The notes: generated from the letters alone by a model not told the origin. A DNA stretch of 64,000 nucleotides from Candidatus Latescibacterota bacterium (GCA_965197905.1 CBDAOB010000005.1:768001-832000); one strand, 5' to 3'; positions 47,317-58,600 are shown, counted from the first letter of the stretch. Made by a program: numbers and translations.

Positions 47317-48690
47317 ATGCCTGATGAATTGCGTTTGGTAGCGATCAACGGCATGCTTGGCTACGGCTACGAACTGGCCAGCCTTGAAAACGGAATCGCG
47401 GCCGATCCTCATCTCTTCGGGGTCGATGCCGGGTCTACCGATGCTGGGCCGTTCTACCTCGGTCACGGCCGTTCCCTGACTTCGGCTCGGCAAGTGGAAC
47501 GGGATCTCGATGGGGCCTTGCGAGCAGTCAAAAGGGCCGGAGTTCCGTTGGTGATTGGTTCGGCAGGTTTTGGCGGTGCCTCCGTGCACGTGGACTTCTG
47601 CCTCGAGCGCATCGAGCGGGTGGCCAAGCGGCTGTCGGCATCCTTCCGTTGCGCCGTCATCCGCTCTGATCTGGATCGCGAGATGGTCAAACGAGCCATC
47701 ATCGAGCAGAAGGTCCGTCCCCTGGGCGGTGCACCGGAGATCGGTCCCGAAGATATCGACGATTTGACGCAGCTTGTCGGCCAAATCGATACGGAGGTGA
47801 TTGCCGCAGCTCTGCAGGCAGAGGATGTGGAGGTCGTCGTCTGTGGCAGGTCCTGCGATACCGCCGTCTACGCCACGCTTCCCATTATGAAGGGTTTCGA
47901 TCCCGGCCTCGCCCTTCACATGGCCAAGATCATGGAGTGCGGCGCCCAATGCGCCCTCCCCCTGGCTCCCAACGATTGCCTCCTGGGGATCATGCAAAGG
48001 GATTCGTTTCTCATCCAAACCCTGAACCCACAACGAACGGTGACCCCCGAATCAGTGGCCGCGCACTCTCTCTACGAGCAACCGGACCCCTACGAGCTGC
48101 ACGAACCCGAAGGTACCGTTGATATGGTCGACACCCTGTTCGAGCAAGTCGATGCTCGCACGGTGCGGGTATCGGGTAGTTTTCTGCGACCCGCGCATGG
48201 ACCCAAAACCATCAAGATGGAAGGCGCCAAGCTGGCCGGCTACCGGGCCACGACGATCGCCGGTGTCCATGACCCGGGCGTGATCGAGAATCTGGATACA
48301 ATCTTCGCGACGTCGCAAGAGATGGCCGTCGCCAACTTGCCTTCCGACATGGATCCCGGCTCGTTCGCAGCTGACATGAGAGTCTACGGCCGGGACGCGG
48401 TGTTGGGACATCTGGAGCCCGAAACGGCGCCCCCCCGGGAAGTGGGGGTGCTGCTGGAGGTCATCGGCCCCACCCAGGAAACCGCCAGCGCCTTTCTGGC
48501 TTTGCTAAGATCATCGATGCTCCATTGCCCCTTTGAAGGTCGCAAGACCACCGCCGGCAACTTGGCTTTTCCCTTCTCTCCTTCAGATCTTGAGGGCGGA
48601 CCGGTCTACGAGTTTGCAGTCTATCATCTTTTGGAGATAGAGGAGAATGGCTCGCTGTTTACTCCAGACTTTGTAACCATCGGAGGCTGA
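47317..48690 (+). CDS. AtuA-family (DUF1446) protein
   Basis: GMLGYG, DAGSTDAGPFYLG, IGSAG, GRSCD, HMAKIMECGA, SVAAHSLYE and TAGNLAFPFSPSD. Confidence 0.8.
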   Translation: MPDELRLVAINGMLGYGYELASLENGIAADPHLFGVDAGSTDAGPFYLGHGRSLTSARQVERDLDGALRAVKRAGVPLVIGSAGFGGASVHVDFCLERIERVAKRLSASFRCAVIRSDLDREMVKRAIIEQKVRPLGGAPEIGPEDIDDLTQLVGQIDTEVIAAALQAEDVEVVVCGRSCDTAVYATLPIMKGFDPGLALHMAKIMECGAQCALPLAPNDCLLGIMQRDSFLIQTLNPQRTVTPESVAAHSLYEQPDPYELHEPEGTVDMVDTLFEQVDARTVRVSGSFLRPAHGPKTIKMEGAKLAGYRATTIAGVHDPGVIENLDTIFATSQEMAVANLPSDMDPGSFAADMRVYGRDAVLGHLEPETAPPREVGVLLEVIGPTQETASAFLALLRSSMLHCPFEGRKTTAGNLAFPFSPSDLEGGPVYEFAVYHLLEIEENGSLFTPDFVTIGG

Positions 48691-48694
48691 ACCC

Positions 48695-49051
48695 ATGGCT
48701 CTGCTCAGCGAGTTGGCGTCGGTCTTCCGCAGCAAGAATGCTGGACCCTTCCTGGTGACCGTCGACCTGATGTTTGGCGCCGAGTCAACCTTCGAGCAAG
48801 TGGCGAACTCCGGCGTGTTGAGCGCCGAGACGGTTGCCCGGCTCTACCAGATCAGCGCGGCGGAGGTACGCGTGGTGCCATACGCCAGGGCCAAAGCGAT
48901 CAAGGTGACACTGCCGCGCCTGTGGGGCAGAGCAGGGGCCGGCTCGCCTGGAGACCGCGACGTCTACGGCGCCCAACAACATGGACCACTAATGGACCTC
49001 GAGATACCCATGATGCCTCAATCTCAAAGCCGAGGCGCTCATGCGGAGTGA
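48695..49051 (+). CDS. DUF4387 family protein
   Basis: RSKNAGPF and GDRDVYGAQQHGPL motifs; immediately follows the DUF1446 gene. Confidence 0.8.
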   Translation: MALLSELASVFRSKNAGPFLVTVDLMFGAESTFEQVANSGVLSAETVARLYQISAAEVRVVPYARAKAIKVTLPRLWGRAGAGSPGDRDVYGAQQHGPLMDLEIPMMPQSQSRGAHAE

Positions 49052-50435
49052 GTTCCCCAACGTCGTAGCGACCGCAATTGAAGACAACTTAGACCGCCAC
49101 ATAAAGCGGCTGCAGCGCTACATCCGTCAACCTTCGATCTCCGCTCTGGCTCAGGGCAATGCGGAAATGGCCTCCATGCTGGCTGCGGATATCCGCGATC
49201 TCGGGGGGCAGGCAGATGTGGTTGCCGGTGTTGATTTCCCCCTGGTCTACGGGCGCGTGGAGGCAGACGCTCCGCGCACGGTGTTGATCCACAGCATGTA
49301 TGACACGACACCGGCGAGCGAACCGGGATGGGTTGCGCCACCCTTTGAAGCCCGCAGGGTCCAGCTCAATGGTTTGGGGGAGTGTATGGTGGGCCGGGGC
49401 GCGGAAGATACCAAAGGACCTGTCTCCACTGTCCTGGCCATGATCGATTCCTATCGACACGCTAACGTCGACCTGCCGGCGAATCTGATCTTGCTCTTCG
49501 AGGCGTCCGAACTGGGCAGTGCCTCCATGCCAGCGTTTATCCGCGATCACCTGGGTGAACTCAGACAGGCGGACGTAGCTTATTGGCCCTGGCATACTCA
49601 GCGATCGAATGGTACGGCCGTGGCCTGGCTGGGGTGCAAGGGTTTGATCTTGTTGCGATTGAGGGTTCGCGCGAATAGATGGGGCGGTCCCCTTGAAGCG
49701 GACATGCACGCACAACATTCGTCCTGGATTGCCAACCCGATCCACGAACTGACCGCAGCGCTTGCGAGCTTGAAAAACCAGGGCGACTTAGAGGTCGCCG
49801 TAGAGGGATTCACGGGAGACAGTCTCCCACCTGGCGAAGAGGATGAGGAATTGGTTCGCCAGCTGGCGGCTCGCCTCGATCCGAATTTGCTTTTATCGGA
49901 CATCGGCGCGGCCCGATTCAAACAGGGTAGTTTTCTCGACGCCCTCAGAGCCCACGTGCTCGAGCCCGAGCTCAACGTCTCCAGCATCCACGGGGGCTAC
50001 ACAGCAGAAGACGGTCACAAAGCGATCATCCCGCACGAGGCTTCCGCCAATATCGAGATTCGCCCCGTTAGCGGCATGACCGTCGATCAGGTACTGACCT
50101 GTTTGCGGCGGCATTTCGACGGACATGGTTTCGGGCATGTGGAAATCGAGCAGCGAAGCGGTTATGTCGGTGGTCGCGTCCCTGCCAGCAGCCGGGCGGC
50201 GCAGGCATTGACGGCAACTTATCGCGACATGGGTTTTGATCCGGAAGTGTGGCCGCGTACGGCCACGGCTATTTCTGTTGATCTCTTCACTGAAACCCTG
50301 GGGATTCCGTGGGTAGGTTCATGCCTAGGCCATGCCGGAGGCAAACACTCCGCCAACGAGTACCTTAAGCTTTCAACCTATAGCGGCGCTATCGAATTTG
50401 TTAGCCGCCTGACGTGGAGACTGGGAGAGCTATGA
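49041..50435 (+). CDS. M20/M25/M40 family metallo-amidohydrolase (ArgE/DapE-like)
   Basis: QPSISA, MYDT, WVAPPF, GRGAEDTKG and HSANE. Confidence 0.82.
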   Translation: MRSEFPNVVATAIEDNLDRHIKRLQRYIRQPSISALAQGNAEMASMLAADIRDLGGQADVVAGVDFPLVYGRVEADAPRTVLIHSMYDTTPASEPGWVAPPFEARRVQLNGLGECMVGRGAEDTKGPVSTVLAMIDSYRHANVDLPANLILLFEASELGSASMPAFIRDHLGELRQADVAYWPWHTQRSNGTAVAWLGCKGLILLRLRVRANRWGGPLEADMHAQHSSWIANPIHELTAALASLKNQGDLEVAVEGFTGDSLPPGEEDEELVRQLAARLDPNLLLSDIGAARFKQGSFLDALRAHVLEPELNVSSIHGGYTAEDGHKAIIPHEASANIEIRPVSGMTVDQVLTCLRRHFDGHGFGHVEIEQRSGYVGGRVPASSRAAQALTATYRDMGFDPEVWPRTATAISVDLFTETLGIPWVGSCLGHAGGKHSANEYLKLSTYSGAIEFVSRLTWRLGEL

Positions 50436-52030
50436 CTGGCATACAGAAAAAACCGGAACAGACGAGGAGAAAACGCCCCAAGAACATGCGGGGCAGCATA
50501 AGGCAAAACTCCGGCGCCTGGAGGCCCATCGTTGATGTGACCGATGTGTATCCCGGCACCCGCGGCATAGATCGTCGCGGCGTGTATAACCTGTACGATG
50601 CGCCTATAGGCGTCCATCTCAAGGTTGAGGAAGCGGTCAAGGCAGGACCTCTATTGGAAGCGGAGATGGAGTGGGAGACAGAAGGGATCAGCCCGCTCTA
50701 CATGTGGCAAGAAGACCAGCGCTACCACATGCTCTACGGAGCATCGCCGAACGGTGCCTGTTATGCCGTCAGCGAAGATGCCTACCACTGGACTCGTCCG
50801 GAAATGGGTTGGATAGAGTTCAACGGTTCAAAGAAGAATAACATCATCCACAAAGAGCTACAGGGCTCGCAGGGGTTCTTCGAGGACCCGTCGGCTCCGC
50901 CGGAGGAGCGGTTCAAGACCATGGGTGGCGGCATTAGGGGCTGGCTCGACCCGGACACCAATGAGCCCTTGAGTGTCGACGAGGCCCTGAAACGGGCGGA
51001 AGCCATGCAATACCAGGGAGCGGCGTACAACGGACCGAGGGCGGTAACCGGGGGGAAAACCGTCGGTCTTACATCTCCCGACAGGCTCCACTGGAAGCAA
51101 ATGGAGGAACCCCTGGCCGACAGGAAGGTGAATGGCGCCATCTCTGCCTGCTACGACCCTCACAATGGGGAATACTACGCCTATCTCCAGATAATGGGAT
51201 TCCCGGCGGAGGAGCCGAAGGCGATCGGCACGGCCTCTGTTGAAGAAGAGACTCAGCTCAGGACGATTGGCCTCTCCAGGACCAAAGATTTTCGTCGCTG
51301 GCCCGCGCCCAAGCTCATTATTGAGCCCGATGCTCAGGACGACCTGGACATCGATTTCTACGGTGCCAACTACTTCCCCTATCCCGGTCACAGTGACCTG
51401 CACGGGATGTTGATACCCGTCTTTCATCGGACAACGGATCACATGGACGGCCAGATCGCCTTCAGTCACGATGGGCTGTACTGGAGCCGCCCCGAGCGTC
51501 GGGCGATTATCACGGTAGGAGCTCCAGGCAGTGGCGACGACTGCATGGTCCATTTCTGGCGTGCGGGTATACTGGAGTTGCCCGATGGGTATTGGGGCAC
51601 GCCCTACACGGGTGCCTCTAGGTTGCACACCGTCAGCGATGAGTATGCGGATGCGCTTTTCCCGTCGCGCCGTCCCACCGACATTCGATGGGCCCGCTGG
51701 CGACCACACCGGTTTTGCGGCGTGGAGGCCGACATTGAGGGACGGTTCACCATACCCACCCTGTACCGACACCATGACCAGTTGAAGCTCAACTACCGGT
51801 GCAAGCCGGGGGGTTGGATCAGCGTGGAGCTTATTCAGGCCACGCCCGGGATTCGGCCCGATGTAGACGGCCTATCAAAGTTCACCTTCGCCGAATGCGA
51901 CCGGTTGACGGGGGACCGGGAAGATCAGGCTGTCACCTGGAAGGGCAGAAGTGATATCTCCGGAATTGGCGAGACCATCGTCATCCGGTTGAAGATGTTC
52001 CAGGCCAAGCTGTTTGCCTACCAGGTGTGA
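50432..52030 (+). CDS. Hypothetical beta-propeller glycosidase-like protein
   Basis: ATGA-coupled to the M20 gene. Repeats SEDAYHW, SPDRLHW, TKDFRRW and SHDGLYW, plus DPSAPPEERFK. Confidence 0.6.
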   Translation: MTGIQKKPEQTRRKRPKNMRGSIRQNSGAWRPIVDVTDVYPGTRGIDRRGVYNLYDAPIGVHLKVEEAVKAGPLLEAEMEWETEGISPLYMWQEDQRYHMLYGASPNGACYAVSEDAYHWTRPEMGWIEFNGSKKNNIIHKELQGSQGFFEDPSAPPEERFKTMGGGIRGWLDPDTNEPLSVDEALKRAEAMQYQGAAYNGPRAVTGGKTVGLTSPDRLHWKQMEEPLADRKVNGAISACYDPHNGEYYAYLQIMGFPAEEPKAIGTASVEEETQLRTIGLSRTKDFRRWPAPKLIIEPDAQDDLDIDFYGANYFPYPGHSDLHGMLIPVFHRTTDHMDGQIAFSHDGLYWSRPERRAIITVGAPGSGDDCMVHFWRAGILELPDGYWGTPYTGASRLHTVSDEYADALFPSRRPTDIRWARWRPHRFCGVEADIEGRFTIPTLYRHHDQLKLNYRCKPGGWISVELIQATPGIRPDVDGLSKFTFAECDRLTGDREDQAVTWKGRSDISGIGETIVIRLKMFQAKLFAYQV

Positions 52031-52092
52031 ATCGGCAGTGTGGGGGATGCTATCGAAGGAGCTCGCGCCAGAACGCCGACGACGGCCGCAGC

Positions 52093-53214
52093 CTATACCT
52101 GGACGCTCAGTCGGTGCGTGCGGATACGGCCCTGACCTTCTTCGATCGCCCAATGAGTTGCTAGCACCTCGTCGTTGTCCAGGCGCAGGAGCGAAGCTTG
52201 ACCGAATTTGAGGTTGTGCCCCATGGTCGAATAGGCGGCCACTTTCATCGGGGGGGCGTTGCCCCATATCTTGGTTTCCTCGACGATGCGCCAGCGGTCA
52301 TCGGCCAGATCGACAATTCTCACATGCAACCCGATATCCTCCCCTTCACGGTGGCAGTGAATCGTCAGCAGGATATCATCTGCCCAGTGTATCAGGTTCG
52401 AGGCCTGTCCCCAGACGCCCGTATCAATCGGATCGGACCAGGTCGCTCCACCATCGTGGGACACCGTGATGTGGTTGGCCAGGTTCGTCCCCTTGACGTG
52501 GTCCATCATCCACACCAGGGAAACGATGCGATCGTCCTGCATTTCGCACAATCTTGGCTCCGACGGCGCATAGTGTCCTGCAGGGTCCACGAAGAAGTTG
52601 GTTCGGTCGTCCCAGGTTTCGCCGTTGTCCTCGCTGCGGAACAGAGCTCCGACAAAACCGCCTGGATTGCTGCCGTCCCACATGGGGAACAACGAACCGG
52701 CTCCCAATAGCACCCCGCTGCGCAGCTGAATCGCCGGCCCGGATTGTTCGATCAATTCAGTGCGTGTCCGGGGCATGATGCTTGGAAAAGACCAGGTGTG
52801 CCCTTCGTCGTCTTGGGAAAACGAGATCAGGTTGTCACCACCGCGTATGCCGTCCACATTCGGGTCGGGGTTAGCGATGGTCTGGTCCGGGTCGGTGCGG
52901 TGAAGCCGAAAACCGATGGCCATCAACCTGCCGTTTTGCAACAGTGTCGGTTTCAAGTAGTCGGAATCGTGGCGGTGTTCGTCGTCCTTCTCGTGCAGGG
53001 GACCTTCCAGATTCCACGTTCGCCCCTCATCTTTTGAGCGCGTCACAACCGTTGTATTATCAGTCGCTTCAAACGCTTCACCCAGGGTGAACATGCCCAA
53101 TAGGTCACCCGACGGCAGCTTCTCCAGGCCGGGAAAGATGCCGTGACGGGATCGATTATAAGGCTGCGGGTTCTCGTATACAACGTGATGGTCGAGGACT
53201 TCAATTGCAGCCAT
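52093..53214 (-). CDS. BNR/Asp-box (sialidase-fold) protein
   Basis: Asp boxes SKDEGRTW, SEDNGETW and SHDGGATW; AGGAG RBS. Confidence 0.82.
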   Translation of the reverse strand: MAAIEVLDHHVVYENPQPYNRSRHGIFPGLEKLPSGDLLGMFTLGEAFEATDNTTVVTRSKDEGRTWNLEGPLHEKDDEHRHDSDYLKPTLLQNGRLMAIGFRLHRTDPDQTIANPDPNVDGIRGGDNLISFSQDDEGHTWSFPSIMPRTRTELIEQSGPAIQLRSGVLLGAGSLFPMWDGSNPGGFVGALFRSEDNGETWDDRTNFFVDPAGHYAPSEPRLCEMQDDRIVSLVWMMDHVKGTNLANHITVSHDGGATWSDPIDTGVWGQASNLIHWADDILLTIHCHREGEDIGLHVRIVDLADDRWRIVEETKIWGNAPPMKVAAYSTMGHNLKFGQASLLRLDNDEVLATHWAIEEGQGRIRTHRLSVQV

Positions 53215-53487
53215 GCCGGTCTCCTGGTTTAATCGTTTCTTCGAAAGCTAACTATACGGCGGACGAAAGCGTCAGACAACGGGCCCTCGGGCGCGCGCGA
53301 TCGCTCAAAATGCCATGCAGGGCTGAATCGTCCGATTCCGGGCGGTTGCATCTCGAATAAAGTTGATTCTTGCCGATCAATTTATTATCTATGTATTCGA
53401 TTCAAATCTGTAAACATTCTCCGCAAATTGTCTTACAAGACGCTCGAAGCCGCCTATCGCGGTGTCATGTTTTTCCAACTCGCTGTG

Positions 53488-53508
53488 GTCTCGAAAGGAG
53501 GTGATGCA
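53488..53508 (+). promoter_or_regulatory. Conserved upstream extended Shine-Dalgarno-like leader element
   Basis: GTCTCGAAAGGAGGTGATGCA lies ~80-100 nt upstream of the start at 53590 and matches 14361..14381. Confidence 0.6.
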
Positions 53509-53589
53509 GAAAAGACCCGTTGTAATGATTCTAATTCCCAATATTGTCGCAAAGAATAAGAGTTACACGAACCTCAAAGGAGGATTTCC

Positions 53590-55548
53590 ATGAAGTTACC
53601 TCGATTTGGCTTTTGCGCTCTGGCGCTGAGTGTGCTCGTCACGGGAATTGCCTGGGCGGAGTCCTTTCCAAGGCCCGTGGGACCGCCGGAAAACTTCGAA
53701 GAGCTCATTCCCGACATCACCAACGCAACGCCGAACCCCCTGCGCCTGAGCACCTCGAACGTCCCCTACAACGGCAGCGGCGACGTGAACATTCCCTTCA
53801 CGTTGAACCAGCGTGCCAGGGTGTGGATCGCCATATATGAGGTCGGCTCCAGCGAGACCGGTCCGAGCGGTCCCAACGGGGCCGTGGTCCGCGCCCAACC
53901 TCAGGCCAAGTTCGTGGCGGTGGCTCCCGTTTCCGGCGGCGCCGTCTTCCAGGCCGGCAACAACACCGCTAGGTGGGACGGTCGCGACTGGAACGGTCAG
54001 CCGGCGGGCGCTGGCAACTATGAATTCGACGTCATAGGCATCAACAACCTTGACCTGGCAGCGGTGGTCGGGCCCAGCGCCGCCAATCCCCCCGACCCCA
54101 TCTTCGATCTACGCAGCAACGAAATCTGGGTCCATGCCACCGGCGGACAACCGTCTCCAGATAGAGGACAGTTTTGGGGGACGATGTGGCGCGGCACCCT
54201 GGGCACGGACTACCTTGCCAATCCCACGGGCTATGAGACCTGGAATTTCGAGGAGTCGCTCCAGATGATCGAGACCGCCACCTCGACTGGCGGCATTCGC
54301 CCGGATGCGGCGGATCCGACTTCATTCTACATCTCAACGTGGACGGGCGAGCCGGCTAACGGCGTCTACAGGATGAAACGGAATGACAGCGCCAAGACGT
54401 TCGATCGGGACCCGTCGTTTGCCGATAACGGCTTTTCTGTACTGCCGTTGCCCGCAGGGGAGCGGGCCATGCAGCTGTCGATCTGGAAGGACAAACTCTA
54501 TACGGCAAACTGGAGCACCCAAGAGGTCCCCGCCCCCTCGTTTTCGGTCTGGGACAAGGCCACGGGTGAATTCCTCCAGAATGTCGACCAGCATCGGGAG
54601 TTTTTCTACCAGTTCAACGTCGACGAAAACGGCAACGAGACCTTCGGTGCGGGTGGTCCTACCTACGTCGCCATCAACGAAACCGGCCTCTGGGTGGTTG
54701 GCTGGCGGGGCACCAGCATGATCAAGGTCGATCACGACTTCGACCTCATCTGGGCCAACGGCCCGGGAGACCGGTTCGGCGACCAGATTTCCGCCGAGCG
54801 CGCTGCCCAGCTCGGGATTACGGGTGACGCTGCCGAAGGCGGATTCTCCCTCGTCATCAAAATGATCCCGGAAGCGGGCGGCAGATTGGCGTTCGGCAGC
54901 CCGCTGGCCAACGCGCAGGGCGTGTACCGCTTCATCGTGGGCCGCGACGGCGCGGGAATAATCAAACTTTTCATGGATCCCCAGATCGGGCCGTTCAGAT
55001 TGATCGCCGACCGCAACACCGCCATTCTCCAGAACAACTGCTCCGCGCAGGGTGGCGATCTCTACTGCGCACCTAACCGCGGTCCGGGTCCGTATGACGG
55101 CCTGATCTTCGACACCCGATACGATCTTCAAACCCACTCCTACAGGTCGTTTGAAGCGTCTGATCCCCGCACTCCCGCGATGGCCATGCACGTCCCGTTT
55201 GACATCCAGACGGGGAGAATGCGTGCCAATGTTACGGCTGTCGAAGAGGTGGAAGGTGCCGGCACGCCGGACAGCTACAATCTGGGAGCCGCTTATCCCA
55301 ACCCCTTCAATCCCGAGACCGCCATCGACTTTGCCGTGCCGGCTGACAGCCACGTGAAGATCGACCTGTTTAATGCGGCCGGCCAGCTGGTGGACACGCT
55401 CGTGGACAATTTCAAAACCGCGGGTGCCTACAAAGCCACCTGGAATGCGCGCGATTCGAACGGCCAGCCCGTTTCGAGCGGCGTCTATTTCTATCGCATG
55501 CAAGCCGGTGATTTCTCGGCGACGCACTCGATGACGCTGCTGAAGTAA
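53590..55548 (+). CDS. Secreted 652-aa protein with an N-terminal FlgD-like Ig domain and a C-terminal FlgD-Ig/T9SS type A sorting-like domain (paralogue 2)
   Basis: AAAGGAGG RBS; signal peptide AWA-ES; WDGRDWNGQPAGAGNYEF; C-terminal AYPNPFNPET...SSGVYFYRMQAG...TLLK. Confidence 0.85.
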   Translation: MKLPRFGFCALALSVLVTGIAWAESFPRPVGPPENFEELIPDITNATPNPLRLSTSNVPYNGSGDVNIPFTLNQRARVWIAIYEVGSSETGPSGPNGAVVRAQPQAKFVAVAPVSGGAVFQAGNNTARWDGRDWNGQPAGAGNYEFDVIGINNLDLAAVVGPSAANPPDPIFDLRSNEIWVHATGGQPSPDRGQFWGTMWRGTLGTDYLANPTGYETWNFEESLQMIETATSTGGIRPDAADPTSFYISTWTGEPANGVYRMKRNDSAKTFDRDPSFADNGFSVLPLPAGERAMQLSIWKDKLYTANWSTQEVPAPSFSVWDKATGEFLQNVDQHREFFYQFNVDENGNETFGAGGPTYVAINETGLWVVGWRGTSMIKVDHDFDLIWANGPGDRFGDQISAERAAQLGITGDAAEGGFSLVIKMIPEAGGRLAFGSPLANAQGVYRFIVGRDGAGIIKLFMDPQIGPFRLIADRNTAILQNNCSAQGGDLYCAPNRGPGPYDGLIFDTRYDLQTHSYRSFEASDPRTPAMAMHVPFDIQTGRMRANVTAVEEVEGAGTPDSYNLGAAYPNPFNPETAIDFAVPADSHVKIDLFNAAGQLVDTLVDNFKTAGAYKATWNARDSNGQPVSSGVYFYRMQAGDFSATHSMTLLK

Positions 55549-55578
55549 ACGCGGCTTTACGTTTGGTGTGGTTGCGGT

Positions 55579-55608
55579 ACAGGGGCAGATCGCACGATCT
55601 GCCCCTGT
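55579..55608 (+). terminator. Intrinsic terminator
   Basis: Inverted repeat ACAGGGGCAGATCG/CGATCTGCCCCTGT followed by TTCTCTTT. Confidence 0.8.
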
Positions 55609-55665
55609 TTCTCTTTACCCTGCGTGGATGCGGTGTCGGTCGTCTGTTACCGGATTAACGACAAC

Positions 55666-58600
55666 TCAGAGCGGGCGTCCGAACTCAGTGAAACCGACCA
55701 CCGTCCGCACATAGAAGCTCCATAAATCTACGTTTCGATCCTTCAGAGAGATCTGATCAAAACTCACCCTGTCTTTGTTGAATCCGACGATCGTCACCAG
55801 CTCGTAGCCGAAATAGTTCGAGCGATTTCTGAGGGAACCAAAGAACGTGCGCTGCTCGAAGCTGAGTCTTCTGTCTGTATGGTTCTTGCGCCGGTATGGC
55901 ACCGGACCTAGACCCTGAATGCCAGCTGCCAGCGACGTCCGGCGCAAAAGTGGATACTCCAGCCGCAGAATCGGTACGGAGCGATATTCTGACTGCAGTC
56001 GCACGTCGCGCTCCCGGTCGATCGAGCGCAGGATCATGAACTTGTACTGGGGCGTCAAGCCCAAGGAGCCCCAATACACGGGATACTGAACTCGGCTCAC
56101 CCAGGTCCAGAAATCCAACCGTCGATCGCGCTGGAAGTTGCCGTTGTAGAGCCGTCCACCTTGCTGCCAGTTGAAACGCAGGCGCAGCTTCTGCACGACC
56201 TCCAGCTTCGACCAGGGCCTGAGACGGCCTTCAAGATAGGTGTCGCTCACGAAGCTGTCGCGGTAGAACAACAGATCCGGTATGAAGTCGACGAAGGTGA
56301 AAACCGGAAGGCCGAAACCGGAGTCGGTCGCTGGCGCGTTGAAGATCCCGCGCTGACGGTAGGCCCCTTGTCGAGTCCCGACGTCTGGATCGAAGGTCAT
56401 GATCTCGTCGGGGATATCATCCTGTACCCGGCGGATGCCGCTCTCGAAAGAGAGCCGCTGCAGCCGCCCGCGTTGCTCGCGGCGATAGCTCAGCAGCCCG
56501 TAGGTGGAGCGGTTGCGGCCGCCCCCGGCTATCTCTGCCACCTCGTAGCGACCCACACCTGCGGACCAGCGCGGCGTCAGCTGCCACTGGCCGAACAGAT
56601 GCCAGCCGCGCTGGTCGTAGTCGTACGGATAGTCGACATCGCCGTCGTCTTCGCGCGGATCGGGCTCGTTGTTGTTGTTGCGATCGAGCCCATACACGTA
56701 GCTGTTGGGCTCCACGTCGAACATCAGAAACGGCTCGTCGTAGTCGGGGACTCGATTGAGATTGCGATTGATGTCGGGGCCCCCGTCATTGTCCTCGTCC
56801 TGATTCAGCCAGACGCCGTCGAGGTCGGTGCCGACCTGGTCCGGACTGACCGCCACCGGATTGCCGAACTGGCGGTCGGGATCGCGGTCGCCATCGTCGT
56901 TGTCTTCCACCAGCTGCCAGTACATGCTACTGTTGATCACGGCCGAAAACATGCCCAACCAGAGAGGGGTTTCGTTGTGCAGGTAGGAGCGCATCTCCGT
57001 CTGAAACCCTGGATCTATGGAGAACAGCTCACCGCCCACCAGCCCGCGCTGAAACCGATGCACGGCGTTGAGGAAGTAGGCCGCACCTCGATGGTTGAAA
57101 CGCGGTGCGTCATCAAACGCCGGTTGCCCACCCACTCGGGCAGGGTAGCGGGAATACAGACTGGAGCGCGCATACTCGCCGTGGATCTCCAGGCTCGACA
57201 GCACCAGTTGCACGTCGGCACTGTAGACGAACTGGCCGGTGTTCTCCCCCACCGAGAACCGCACCCGTCTCAGGTTCGACAAGTCCCTTACGTTCCCCTC
57301 GGCGCGCAGGACGACGTGATAGTAGGTGGCGTTGAATCTGTCAGCGTGAGCGGTAGCAATCTGATTCACGGCGTACAACATCGCCACATCCACGTGGTAG
57401 TCGTTGCCCAGCAATGCATCGACCTCCACCGACTTGACGGAGGGCTCGGCTGAGAGATCGAATACGTATACCAGTTGGTTTTCGCCGTCGGCACGGAGCT
57501 CGCGTTCGGGCGCGTGCAGCTCGTAGGTGGTTTCCAGACCTGCTGCATTGGCCATTTTGCTTACATCGACGCCGTCAGCATGATCGATTCGCGTCAGGTA
57601 GTCGGCATAGAGCGGAAGATCGCGTTCCCTATAGAAGGTCTCGTTGAAAAAGCCCGTGCCCCCGGTAGAGGCCGTCAACCGGTTGTATGGTAGAGGGCTG
57701 AATTTCCCGGTGACGACCGAAACAAAACCGACCTGCACCGGAGGATCGGCCGTATGGCCGATTACCCGAGGTATCAGGTCCCGGCGCACTTCGCCATCGA
57801 TCAACAGGTGCACGTCCCGCACTACCGCACCGCCCGTGTCGTCGTCCGGCGAGTCGTCTGTAAAACGGACGAGAAGGTACTCCGTCATGGGCTGGTCCGG
57901 CTTCAATCGCCCCTTGAGGCTGTTGCCCGGCTGGGTGCTCTGGTATACGTGCTGGTTGACCCAGTTGAGCCCTATCTGAAGACGGCCCAGGTCCACCTGC
58001 GCCCGACTGCCCGAAAGCAAAGTGGAATCGTCGGCAAAATGGGTCTTTGTTTCAAAGGCGCTATTGAAGAGCCTGGCTCGGTCCTTGGGCCGCTCCTGCC
58101 TCGATGCCAGCCCTGTGATTTTCAAATAGGGTGTGGAAACATCCAGGCGCGCGCCGTTGTAATTCACCTTGGACAGCGTCAGCGGGGTGAAGCGGGCGAT
58201 CAGGGCGTCGCCGACGATCATGTTGTATCCCCACCGTCCGTAACCGTCGCTGCCCGCCACCACGTAATCGAACGCGTTGGGCCAGGTACCCCCTGACTCA
58301 TCGAGGCCGAATTCCTTGAAAATGGCACTCCCATATTCCTGACCCAAGACGCGCGTCTCCTCCCATCGGTACAGATCGTACCCGGTCACCAGGTAGTTCC
58401 CCATGAAGTCGTAACGGGATTTCGGCGTGTCCACGTAGGGAAACATGTGGCCAGGGGAGTTGGTGATATTCTGGTGGGCGTAGTTGTGGTAAGCAGGCCG
58501 TGTCCAGCGCAGAAACGGACGCGCGGTGGTTACCTCCTCGAGGCGCTCAGACACGTCGGCGCCGGCGGTCTCTGAGATCGTCACGGCGAGGCAGACGATT

